The translations under genes and the position numbers were made by a program. Shown here piece after piece: positions 19,601 through 26,570 of a stretch of 64,000 bases of DNA. Numbering within the stretch: position 1 is the stretch's first letter; each line of letters opens with the position of its first letter. Origin of the DNA: a virus. Taxonomy: Duplodnaviria > Caudoviricetes. Where the stretch lies: positions 813-64,812 of IMG/VR virus record IMGVR_UViG_3300027917_000048; one strand, 5' to 3'. Below the pieces are notes generated by a model. The model made no database searches. It was not told where the DNA came from and saw only the letters and a list, made by a program, of their open reading frames with translations.

Positions 19601-20513
19601 TTAAATTTTCTACTGGAAAGTCGCTAACACCAGTTAATTTTTCATACTCTTCAGCTACTTTTGATAAATCAACTCTACTTAAACGAGCAATACTATCCTG
19701 TAATTCAAGAATAATCTCTTTTGCTGTTTCTATTCTTTCTGGTTCAGCAATTTCAATTTCTATTTCGCCCTGTTTTCTTACATTTTCCAAAGCAGTTTGA
19801 AGAGTACTTAATTGAATATCAACACTATCAGCAGCTCTTTTTCCTACCTTTAGAAGATTTTCAATTTCTCTTAAACCTAAATCTGTATCAGAAAGCTTTT
19901 TATACTCTTGAGCTACTTTCCCTATATCCACTTTTGATAAAGAATTTAAAGTATCTATAGCTTTTGTCCAACCAATATCTATTTGAGCAGCTGCATCAGC
20001 CAAGTCATCAAGACGTAAAATCTGTTCTTGGCTAAGACCAGATATACTATCCAGTTCTTGCAGAACAGATACAAAAGCCCTAATATCTTCAATAGGGTAT
20101 GCTACTTTAGTTATTTTTTCCAGCTCTATTGATAAATCACGTAAATCAGCATCATTAAGATTTTGTATTTCATCAGCTAGCTGTTTAGTAGCTTCTGTTG
20201 TATCTTTTCCTACTGTTTCAGAGTATAGTTTCCATCCCCTAGTTGCTTCAGCAACGCCTCTATTTCTTCCAACAGATGGTCCTAAATCAACAACGCTCCC
20301 AACGCCGCTTTTTATTCTTTCAATTGCTTTTTCAATTTGTTCTAAACTTGGTACTACATCTAAAGCACCCGCTAGTGCATCCCCCAAAAGTTCAATCAAT
20401 GAAGAAGTACTTTCAGCTGCCTTACCAGCATTTGTTAGAGCTGACTCTGCTTTCTTTAAAACTTCAATAAGCTCTTCTAATTTTTGTTGTTGTGCATAAA
20501 TTGGCTCTGCCAT
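13635..20513 (-). CDS. Tape measure protein
   Basis: 2292 aa, helical; TP901-type core (ESKLADIG...VSKAANVTVDTLATSF...LAKFGI) and GG.IG repeats; follows the chaperone pair. Confidence 0.9.
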   Translation of the reverse strand: MAEPIYAQQQKLEELIEVLKKAESALTNAGKAAESTSSLIELLGDALAGALDVVPSLEQIEKAIERIKSGVGSVVDLGPSVGRNRGVAEATRGWKLYSETVGKDTTEATKQLADEIQNLNDADLRDLSIELEKITKVAYPIEDIRAFVSVLQELDSISGLSQEQILRLDDLADAAAQIDIGWTKAIDTLNSLSKVDIGKVAQEYKKLSDTDLGLREIENLLKVGKRAADSVDIQLSTLQTALENVRKQGEIEIEIAEPERIETAKEIILELQDSIARLSRVDLSKVAEEYEKLTGVSDFPVENLKSFSENIEEILSKDPSRVEVLENIIKAIENLRDLGEIPRLISVLGEEILKLSDTDLSKLSEEFKEISKTGSTFPVENIKSFAEALSKFDISAGKSQETISVLEKAFNIITDTSSIATRDIRKLGESISNLEDVNIQRIGEEFKRLTGIDAFPIENIKAFVAFIKDLENRTVISEQQINTVKALSDAFNAIRTEEALPFEELTNQINTNAISAETFTEKLKGFEDQLSSTGYALSNFNLEMQFLEEGLRGVGLPEESIERILRHFDDLGKIESPARLFQELSELGLPNEEIEKFANSFVVLRKNSEQIVRLRDNLENLGIAKESIEEVISTFIHLDAELNRLSGTYSKSKAGAEALNVTSRDLAGFGRNFSFEIDEVTRKLINFKEATEDTIPPVERFIAVLAQQGIPQNVIDDLVGETFDQGATDFSKINISDVADNLTQYSTTVQYGEDASKKLVFVINDLGESFRSLSEATATNPLEDFIKDLESFQVPESAIESITGETFDEGKGLSSVRIKEINDEITQLTGTIKAAGGTTKAYVVYFDQMGNVMKQLPVDEVKVSMQDFTDQLAGRVGAIDNVNKMLEKYGFEISQLKKMTTEASTGITRLDFAMDSQGGATQKLTLHVTEFGKVLTDTQRRFRTFAGGIARNVGESFKWAVAITAVYGPLRKLQDLIQISIDNESKLADIGVVLGKNTAELQGVFSDAVSAAKATGESLNGVIEGYALAYRATGSLATETERTAVANQLLVDSLVLSKLSTLDQAEAMDTLVAGLLQVGYNLDQGAELLNKWVAVSKAANVTVDTLATSFAIMATAAEGVGLSFDELNAIVAVVAANTELSATQAGNAVRAFVSGFQTDNAREELAKFGIAVEDLNGDSRNFMSVMYDIKELMDAGLIDDAELNRIGTALGGRGARRGAQFTTFLKSLDEVQGLVTVSAEAQADAYDALGVKMDTVQTSLTNLATSFQELANTMGTEGGVLDLLKFFIDILDSVVDKIGDFVSVMGKAAPYLVAGGGLLAYGSSTGRLRQLPGQIGGLAGGLLGRTSFGQQLRPNTQPMPISDYQNYSIYGKTMGQAFGGWVTNNAANIGMLMGQGVLAFMNVADDDWDGLGGQIGGGIAGFLIGKISIIGGPLGAIIGSTIAEAVINGLAEAGTSGELKDAFKGIFAGAIEEPETPDQTREERLLEKQEKLNRDLQRTIGSEWTTGLILWEKSTENFIRELVGIPTRWGDELTATQFAGGAMEQLITAYDRGGTGGVRERAGELGLPGYGILVSDEDIKLQIEGYKELRAEILETNKALEDLGKGVEPEGTVFKSELTENMKEYGDLLKSEIKVAQTEFNEELINGDITIKQYNESMERMGQEGEAIMQIFTAMDDVLGNSADSLLLVLDVVSRTSSEEINIITNLTSGIADLKDQIRDLTAEGDTELVLIKEEELKQAAFELEQVFNQIREAQRQPLIQFATEAPEVLDIKPQEFEIVREEALRMLEERIREYVELGLIPGNTTLQEVIESGTLLGVAFAEAAGAALKSEFDVVLSLFPEAIEKLRGEEAIAPPTPEPSRFRIQSVDMTQAAFEASYNRQLAFLKDAFGSYWQPTLETIGIIFQDGTDVLHLDNLAMQLAMNDLIDVNEKQLQGVYNLPTDASFYVPFQGYELGFDEGGGGLGGAAGALSGAADDLSDAAREIKSLDPGEDWGGTLEQFMFENFGAQRADRPTEFEAFYPKFELPEYGPEYKPPDYGAALIGGEKNLEDYLRPALIGGEKNLQDYANKQETSVDKFGQSVEVFDQGVSNLIGQLEEELVYSQTGLERPGRVIGQGSEAPPPDIFSIIPGGEQIAGFIRELQNVTGIFAKNLFNFESIPEILQQLISGGGISTIGQGAGIGPQFNFSKLDSAADKLSNFADIMTLQPQYQMLGPQQPTSDLATDFSGMLDLLNQKISNLSGFSTNLKISSNYTANLIVDGRVLAQVIKPYLYTDMIRFEDTAASVTKSIVV
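14325..14393. repeat. 24-bp perfect direct repeat in TMP (within ALIGGEKNL x2)
   Basis: ATTCTTTTCTCCACCAATTAATGC at 14325 and 14370. Confidence 0.85.
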
Positions 20514-20516
20514 ATA

Positions 20517-20819
20517 TTAGCCCTCTATATCATCAATAAGGAATTCAGTCCTATAAGGGTCTACAGCTTCCTTAGTACCATAAACTCTATCTATCCATTC
20601 CTCTATTTCTTCAGAAGTACCATCCCAAATAGTTAACTCTGGAGGTCTTTTATCTTTCGGCATTTCATGTAAACTAGAAACTTGTAATCTTTTTCTAATA
20701 ACATAAGAAATAGTGTATGGTAATTCTGTGAGAGTAGTTATTTTATTATCCAGTGGAATTTGTAATGCTTTAGCTATCTCCCACAAACTAGCTATTGCAT
20801 TACTTCTGGCAATTTTTTT
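20517..20819 (-). CDS. Tail assembly chaperone frameshift extension (gpT-like)
   Basis: Open -1 frame from the slippery site: KKIARSNAIASLWEIAKALQ...; no RBS before its TTG. Confidence 0.75.
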   Translation of the reverse strand, partial: KKIARSNAIASLWEIAKALQIPLDNKITTLTELPYTISYVIRKRLQVSSLHEMPKDKRPPELTIWDGTSEEIEEWIDRVYGTKEAVDPYRTEFLIDDIEG

Positions 20820-21523
20820 AAATTTTCTGTACTAATATTTATAGAATTATATGCTGTAAATAGTTGATCTTTGAAATCAGAAATAAGATTTTCAAATTCC
20901 TCTGCTGATTTGAAATACCTTATTTTATATTCTTGATCACGAAAAGTAGCTTGTGTTAAAACCATAGCCTGAAAAGCATCGTACATTCTTCTTTCACATA
21001 ATTCAGCTATAATTGCGTTCTCTGCTTCTAATGCTAATTCCCCTTTAGGTAAACTATGTAAATGTTTTCTTTCTTTCTTTACTTCTTCATCCAACCTTTC
21101 TTTAAGTTTACCTTCTCTAATAGTTGGATAATCATCAACTTCTTTTTGATATTTCTCATGTTGTTCAAGAGTAGCATCACTTTTTGGTTCTACAGGCAAT
21201 GGCATCATAAGTTCTTTAGTAACTCTTTGTACAATATCTCTTAATTTAAATTGAATTACCAGCTCTATTAAATTTGAATCTCTCATATTTTTCCAATCAG
21301 GTATATAAGCAACCCTTTCGTCACTATCTGGAGTTTTTAATAAATTACGTAATTTAGCACTCTCTCTAAGAGCGTAAGTTCTAGCTATGTTTGTTTCAGC
21401 ATCCCCAACTAATCTTACATATACTGTCTCTATAGTAGTACCAAAAGCATCTTTTATTGGTACTGGTGTACCCCATTTGAAAAGTATGGAAATATCTACA
21501 TCATTCTTATCTATTTCTTGCAT
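20792..21523 (-). CDS. Tail assembly chaperone (gpG-like)
   Basis: Between tail tube and TMP; ends with the slippery ENLKKL sequence. Confidence 0.75.
   Translation of the reverse strand: MQEIDKNDVDISILFKWGTPVPIKDAFGTTIETVYVRLVGDAETNIARTYALRESAKLRNLLKTPDSDERVAYIPDWKNMRDSNLIELVIQFKLRDIVQRVTKELMMPLPVEPKSDATLEQHEKYQKEVDDYPTIREGKLKERLDEEVKKERKHLHSLPKGELALEAENAIIAELCERRMYDAFQAMVLTQATFRDQEYKIRYFKSAEEFENLISDFKDQLFTAYNSINISTENLKKLPEVMQ
20813..20822 (-). other. Programmed -1 ribosomal frameshift site
   Basis: Minus strand AAT TTA AAA AAA TTG contains T TTA AAA and A AAA AAA heptamers; a -1 slip joins the next ORF in frame. Confidence 0.8.
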
Positions 21524-21545
21524 AATCCTCTCCTTATATTAAGAT

Positions 21546-21595
21546 AAAAGGAGCTATACATACAATGTTTTAATTGCTGTTGTATAGCTCCTTTT
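21546..21595 (-). terminator. Long inverted repeat/terminator after major tail gene
   Basis: 15-bp perfect stem AAAAGGAGCTATACA/TGTATAGCTCCTTTT with a 20-nt loop; ends in UUUU on both strands. Confidence 0.7.
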
Positions 21596-21634
21596 GTGTT
21601 TCTCCTTTACCGTATAGCTTTAATGTTATTCAGT

Positions 21635-22828
21635 TTATGCTGGCAGACCTTCATATACAATACACTGAGCTGTTTCGCTCTGCCAATTAAATACCTGTTG
21701 GGCATTTTCATTAACATTGATTGTATAGGAGTCTCCAGTAACTCTCAGGTTAGGAACTTTTATCGTCTTCATGGGAGTACCCGATACTGTAGTATCACAA
21801 GGATCATACAGAGTAATCTGAAGATCAAGTCCTGAAACTGCACAAGCAGCTGTCAGCTCGAATTCAGTATCACCAGAGGCAATACTTTGATTCAAGAACA
21901 GGTCAATTAATTCAGTATCTGTATCCAGTACAGTGATGCTCCCTTCAACAGTAGGAACTTGAGATTGGTATCCAACCACAACCCTATTACCCATTTCCCT
22001 AACGGGAACTGAATTTAGAGTACCATTGATCGTAACCGATTGTACTCTAGGAATGTCGTTAGCCAAAATGCTAATCTTAACATCCTGACCACGAATTGCA
22101 GCTGGGATCGTACTATCACCTACGTCGTTCCAATTAGTACCAGCAGGATTGGCATGATAAACTGCCAAGCCTTGAGAAGTTCTAGAATCAAAAGTAGTTA
22201 CCGTAGTACCAGAAACACTGTATTCACCAGTGGCTGGACCGGAAGCTACCTCTTCAAGATAAGAGCCGTCAAGGATAAAGGACAGTAACCAATTACCATT
22301 CTTTAGCTGAATTGGAGTTTCTGAAAGTGAGAATGAAGTAGTACCTGTGGTAAATCTGTCCACCTGTATATCATTCTTAAACCATCTTTTCTCAGAACCT
22401 ACACCAGTATAATCCTCTGTTGATTCTCCAGTAACTGAGTAAGAATATGTGAAGTCTCTGATTTGCAAACGTCGTGCATGTGCAGACTTTACGTAATCAG
22501 CTGCCGAGGCATCTTTAACATAAAGAATTGCATCAATCTCAGATAGACTTTCAATATCTACACCACCTGCTGGATAAGAACTATAATCAGTACCAGTCAG
22601 AATAGAGAATATTTTAACACTTACATCAAAGGCTGAAAATGTAAGAGTAATATTCGGTTGATCCGTAACAGTACCTGCGTGCTGTTGGCTACCAAGTTCA
22701 TCAACATTGGTAACAGGCACATCGGTATCCATACTGAATCTCTGTACTCTGGTGGCAAAGAAAGAATCAACTGGTCCGACAATTCGGAGAGCTAGTTCCT
22801 TTGAGGGAATTGCTAGTCGTTTCGCCAT
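21635..22828 (-). CDS. Major tail tube protein
   Basis: 397 aa, beta-rich, with two tube-like halves (RVQRFS..VDELG / RVQSVT..VREMG); lies upstream of the chaperones and TMP. Confidence 0.75.
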   Translation of the reverse strand: MAKRLAIPSKELALRIVGPVDSFFATRVQRFSMDTDVPVTNVDELGSQQHAGTVTDQPNITLTFSAFDVSVKIFSILTGTDYSSYPAGGVDIESLSEIDAILYVKDASAADYVKSAHARRLQIRDFTYSYSVTGESTEDYTGVGSEKRWFKNDIQVDRFTTGTTSFSLSETPIQLKNGNWLLSFILDGSYLEEVASGPATGEYSVSGTTVTTFDSRTSQGLAVYHANPAGTNWNDVGDSTIPAAIRGQDVKISILANDIPRVQSVTINGTLNSVPVREMGNRVVVGYQSQVPTVEGSITVLDTDTELIDLFLNQSIASGDTEFELTAACAVSGLDLQITLYDPCDTTVSGTPMKTIKVPNLRVTGDSYTINVNENAQQVFNWQSETAQCIVYEGLPA

Positions 22829-22841
22829 TAATTAAATCCTC

Positions 22842-23294
22842 CTAAATTTGTTCGTAAATTGCTACAAATGAAACTGTAGCACGCCAATATAAATCGCTAA
22901 CTAAGTTGGGATCAACTCTAATGATTTCCATCTTAATGCGATCTGGAATTAAAATCCCAATTTTGGTTGGAGTTACCGCAGGAGGAAAACCCTCATCATA
23001 ATCGTAAACTGGTATTTTATTTTCCACTTCATTTAAAATTCTATAACCGTATTCATCTCTTTGGGATTTATTTTCCCCAAAAATATCTATATCCCATATT
23101 CTATATTTTATTCCATATATATTTCCCAACTCAAATGGTCCTATATTAATATCACTACCTTCTACAGAAATTGAAGGTAATTGTAAATTACGTGTTGGAA
23201 AACCATCTGTAATATGTATAAAGGGTGCATCAGAAAAGATGTCATCCTTTAACCAATAATAAATTGATAAATCCTGTTTCCTCTCTAAATACAT
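22842..23294 (-). CDS. Tail terminator protein
   Basis: LP.ISV...IDIF....QRD pattern; directly upstream of the tail tube gene. Confidence 0.6.
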   Translation of the reverse strand: MYLERKQDLSIYYWLKDDIFSDAPFIHITDGFPTRNLQLPSISVEGSDINIGPFELGNIYGIKYRIWDIDIFGENKSQRDEYGYRILNEVENKIPVYDYDEGFPPAVTPTKIGILIPDRIKMEIIRVDPNLVSDLYWRATVSFVAIYEQI

Positions 23295-23305
23295 ATCCTA
23301 TTCCT

Positions 23306-24487
23306 CTAGTCCCAATTTGAAGGTAATTTTGCCCACTGTCCTGTTCTTGGATCACGCCTTGAAACTTGAGTACCCCACTCTCTTTGATAACCCTCAAATC
23401 TACCTATATCTGTTTCTGCTTGTGCTAACATACCTCTTCCTACTGGAGTACCCTCTTCTATGGCTTTAGCCACTATTAATACAGTTTCTTCAAAAACCTC
23501 CCTTTCCACTTTTTCATATACTGTTTCAATAGGAGTTTCGATCCAATCCCTTTCTTCCTCTTCTCTAATTTTTTCAGCAAGATCGTCTAAAAATTCTTGA
23601 GCTATTCTTGAATAAATTTCCCATAATTGCCTAAAAGCTTCTAGTATAGCTATTTCTGCATTTCTTCTAAAATGTGTAGGACCATAAACTGGATAAGGAA
23701 CTCCATCAGTATCAATACCCATATCTACATTAGCATTTCCATGTTCGATTAAATACCAAAAAGGAGCTTTTGATTGCCCACCGGGAATATTAGAAAGTCT
23801 ACCAAAAACAGTTTCTCTATACTTTCCTCTATATCTTTCAGTTACGTCCCGTCTTTGTTCTACTTTTTTAAAGTACTTACTTACACTTACACCCTCTCTT
23901 CCTACTCCATATATTTTCTCTTTCCATATTTTTGAAGAAACTTTCGCAGCTTTATCTTTATCAAGAGCAGTAGCTTTTATTTTTCCAAGACCAGATTGTG
24001 TTCTGTATGCTTCTATGGCTCTTCCCCAATCTTCCACTTTACCTAGAACATCTAAATTAATTTTCACCTGTACTTGCTTAGTACTTTCGTGCGGAATTAT
24101 GCCAATTATTTCTTCTTCATGTATCTCTAATGCTGTTAAAAAATGATCTACATAAAGGTCATAATTAAATTCTTCTGAAGCTACTATTGCTTTTACCGCC
24201 TCTGTTGAAAGAAATAATATAGCTTTTTCTTGTATATTTTCAACACAAGCAATGAAGGTTCTTTTCCAAACCCAATCATCTACCCATCTAGTATCAATTG
24301 CAAATGCTAAATCATAAGCAGTTATCCCCTCACTAAATGCTTCCGATTCTAAATCTCTCAAATATTCTTCAGCTTGTTCTATAGCTACAGACATATTGCG
24401 AGCCTGTTCTTTAAAGACATCTTCTAAAGAACGTGCATTTACTACTTCAAATACTCCTTTAATAAAATTAGGGGTTTCGTCAGGCAT
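23306..24487 (-). CDS. Neck/tail-completion protein (extended HK97 gp10-like)
   Basis: APFWYLIEHG...PTHF resembles the gp10-family motif; synteny agrees. Confidence 0.45.
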   Translation of the reverse strand: MPDETPNFIKGVFEVVNARSLEDVFKEQARNMSVAIEQAEEYLRDLESEAFSEGITAYDLAFAIDTRWVDDWVWKRTFIACVENIQEKAILFLSTEAVKAIVASEEFNYDLYVDHFLTALEIHEEEIIGIIPHESTKQVQVKINLDVLGKVEDWGRAIEAYRTQSGLGKIKATALDKDKAAKVSSKIWKEKIYGVGREGVSVSKYFKKVEQRRDVTERYRGKYRETVFGRLSNIPGGQSKAPFWYLIEHGNANVDMGIDTDGVPYPVYGPTHFRRNAEIAILEAFRQLWEIYSRIAQEFLDDLAEKIREEEERDWIETPIETVYEKVEREVFEETVLIVAKAIEEGTPVGRGMLAQAETDIGRFEGYQREWGTQVSRRDPRTGQWAKLPSNWD

Positions 24488-24489
24488 TT

Positions 24490-24771
24490 CTATCTATTTT
24501 TCTTCGGGTCTTCGTACCTCAAGTATTCTATATCTCCAAAAATTACTCTCAAAATGGAGCGTGTATATTCATTTACCAAGTCTAGGATTAATTTTCTAAC
24601 CAGTTGAAATTCTTCAGAATCCCTGTCCATTCCATGAGATTCAAAAATCTCCTCAAGATCATTAAGTCCTATTGCTAGAAACCTTAGTTTCTTTTTATCA
24701 ACAAACCTTAATACATCTAATACATCCAATCCTTGGATTACAACACCTTCCGTCCCTCTATTCTCGTCCAT
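24490..24771 (-). CDS. Hypothetical protein
   Basis: 93-aa ORF in operon with an RBS. Confidence 0.6.
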   Translation of the reverse strand: MDENRGTEGVVIQGLDVLDVLRFVDKKKLRFLAIGLNDLEEIFESHGMDRDSEEFQLVRKLILDLVNEYTRSILRVIFGDIEYLRYEDPKKNR

Positions 24772-24774
24772 TGT

Positions 24775-25215
24775 TTACTCCCTTTCTATTAAGTCTATTA
24801 GTACTCTATTTAATTCTGGTACTCCTCTATAAATTTTTGATTGTACTTCAAAGTTTTTTCCGTCTACAATTACGTGGTCTAGCCTTTCTATTGCTGTTAG
24901 AAGTTCATCAGTATACTTAACTTGAATTCTACAATCTCCTTCAAATATCTGACCTCCAGTAACCCAATTCATTTGATCCGCATTACCCCATGTAATGTGT
25001 GCCTTTACAGTGTAGGAAGAAAGATTTGGTATCCAATACAGTCCAGAACAAGTAGTGCAAAATGAATTCACACTAGTATTTGTTACCGGATCGAGTCCAC
25101 AACCAGATGCTGTACAAGCTATTGATGAAACCGTAACAAAGGTGACATTTCTTCCAATAGCATCTCTTATTGCATCTACCGTGTCTTCTGTATTGCTAGG
25201 GAAACTTATTGTCAT
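24775..25215 (-). CDS. Head closure (SPP1 gp16-like) protein with Cys cluster
   Basis: IGRNVTF, CxxxxC..CxxC, D.VIVDGK.F; synteny. Confidence 0.55.
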   Translation of the reverse strand: MTISFPSNTEDTVDAIRDAIGRNVTFVTVSSIACTASGCGLDPVTNTSVNSFCTTCSGLYWIPNLSSYTVKAHITWGNADQMNWVTGGQIFEGDCRIQVKYTDELLTAIERLDHVIVDGKNFEVQSKIYRGVPELNRVLIDLIERE

Positions 25216-25508
25216 TATCTTCCTACTTCATGGATACGCACTATCGCAGCTTCTCCGTGACCTGTCCAAACACCGCCAACATTTTCCAAGAAAGCTTGGA
25301 AAATCCACTCCCCAAACGGCTTTAGCCAATCAGTATCGGGAACTTGATAAGTGACGTATCTATTTCCTAGATTACTGGCAGTTACGTACCCGGAAGTAAC
25401 TTTATCGGGCTTCAGATAATAGATCATATATCCAGAAGCACCGCTAATATCATTAACACAATCAAGTTTAATTAGGGGGGTATCTCCTTCATAAAACTTA
25501 TTTGCCAT
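25215..25508 (-). CDS. Small Ig/BppU-like structural protein
   Basis: DISGA...KPD...Y...G.W..QA pattern. Confidence 0.5.
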   Translation of the reverse strand: MANKFYEGDTPLIKLDCVNDISGASGYMIYYLKPDKVTSGYVTASNLGNRYVTYQVPDTDWLKPFGEWIFQAFLENVGGVWTGHGEAAIVRIHEVGR

Positions 25509-25679
25509 TTAAACCTCTTCTAAATCCACCTGAGATATTAATCCTAATTCTGATCTTACAGTACTAACCAAAAGCATTTCCTCTATAATATTAGAGGACA
25601 GAGATATTTCAGTATTTATTGGAGAGAGTAACTCCATTACTTTATTTATCTCAGATGTTAATTCAATTTCTTCTATCAT
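25509..25679 (-). CDS. 56-aa protein of 10-residue repeats, not in ORF track
   Basis: MIEEIELTSEINKVMELLSPINTEISLSSNIIEEMLLVSTVRSELGLISQVDLEEV; ATGA overlap with the upstream gene. Confidence 0.65.
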   Translation of the reverse strand: MIEEIELTSEINKVMELLSPINTEISLSSNIIEEMLLVSTVRSELGLISQVDLEEV

Positions 25680-25861
25680 TTTCCGACCTTAGATATTAAT
25701 TCCATTACTGGATGAACGGCACTAATCAAAGAAATTATTTCTGTTTTAGCAGTTACAATTATTTCTTCTATTCCTTTTATTAGTCTTCCTAAAGAACCTA
25801 TACTAAGAGCTGAAACTTTTCCAGTCCTACCATGTGATGCAATTGAATCTGCTGTTGGCAT
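25676..25861 (-). CDS. Small structural protein
   Basis: 61 aa; SIASHG/SIGSLG repeat, and the C-terminus shares the 10-mer repeat of the downstream ORF. Confidence 0.6.
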   Translation of the reverse strand: MPTADSIASHGRTGKVSALSIGSLGRLIKGIEEIIVTAKTEIISLISAVHPVMELISKVGK

Positions 25862-25862
25862 T

Positions 25863-26546
25863 TTAATATTCCTTTAGCTGGTAGGCAGTTAGCCTACTAT
25901 TTAGATCATAAGTAGCAGTAAGTTGCCATTTCTTTCTTTCGACGGTAAGCGTATCATCAGTATATTGAGTTATAACTGCTGAAATCAAGTTGTCGTTTGA
26001 ATCAAATGCCATTCCACTCCACTTAGTATTCTCTCCAGATACTCCCAAAGAATCCCCAATGCTAACCAATAAATCACCCAAAGCTTTTCCTGTACTTCCA
26101 GCAACTGTATGATCAGCTGTCTGTGCATCCCAAACATTATCAGCAACGTTAAACAATTCATCATGTTCTTCTTGGGTAAGAGCACTACCACCAGTTGAAA
26201 CTATAGTGGCATTTGCAGATTGTACCAATACAACCTGTACATCATGGGTGTAGGCTATAGGATTACCAGCTGGTCCTCCTACTAGGTTTCCACCACCAAT
26301 ATTAGCGACATACGCTCCTTCCCAAAAATGTAATTGCCATCCGTTCTGCAACTCAACAGTAATACCTACAGTTACTCCCGGTCCGAGAGTTTCTTTCCCA
26401 GCTGCGTTAGCTATTTTTGAGAAAGCCATACCCTCATTAGATGCTTCAGCTGCTCTTATTTCATCTATCAATTCCTGAATATCTACATCTGTTTGTGGAC
26501 TGGTTATTTCTATGAGAGTATTCTGGAAGTCAAACACATAAGCCAT
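25863..26546 (-). CDS. Virion structural protein (neck/collar fibre candidate)
   Basis: N-terminus resembles that of 26571..28307; ADNVWD...GSTGKAL fibre-type motif. Confidence 0.55.
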   Translation of the reverse strand: MAYVFDFQNTLIEITSPQTDVDIQELIDEIRAAEASNEGMAFSKIANAAGKETLGPGVTVGITVELQNGWQLHFWEGAYVANIGGGNLVGGPAGNPIAYTHDVQVVLVQSANATIVSTGGSALTQEEHDELFNVADNVWDAQTADHTVAGSTGKALGDLLVSIGDSLGVSGENTKWSGMAFDSNDNLISAVITQYTDDTLTVERKKWQLTATYDLNSRLTAYQLKEY

Positions 26547-26570
26547 GTTTTGTCTCCCTTCTCTCTAATT

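Noticed and set aside
14905-20470. Plus-strand ORFs antisense to the tape measure (and similar antisense ORFs elsewhere)
   Set aside because: Ser/Ile/Phe-rich shadows of the coding strand without RBS or motifs.
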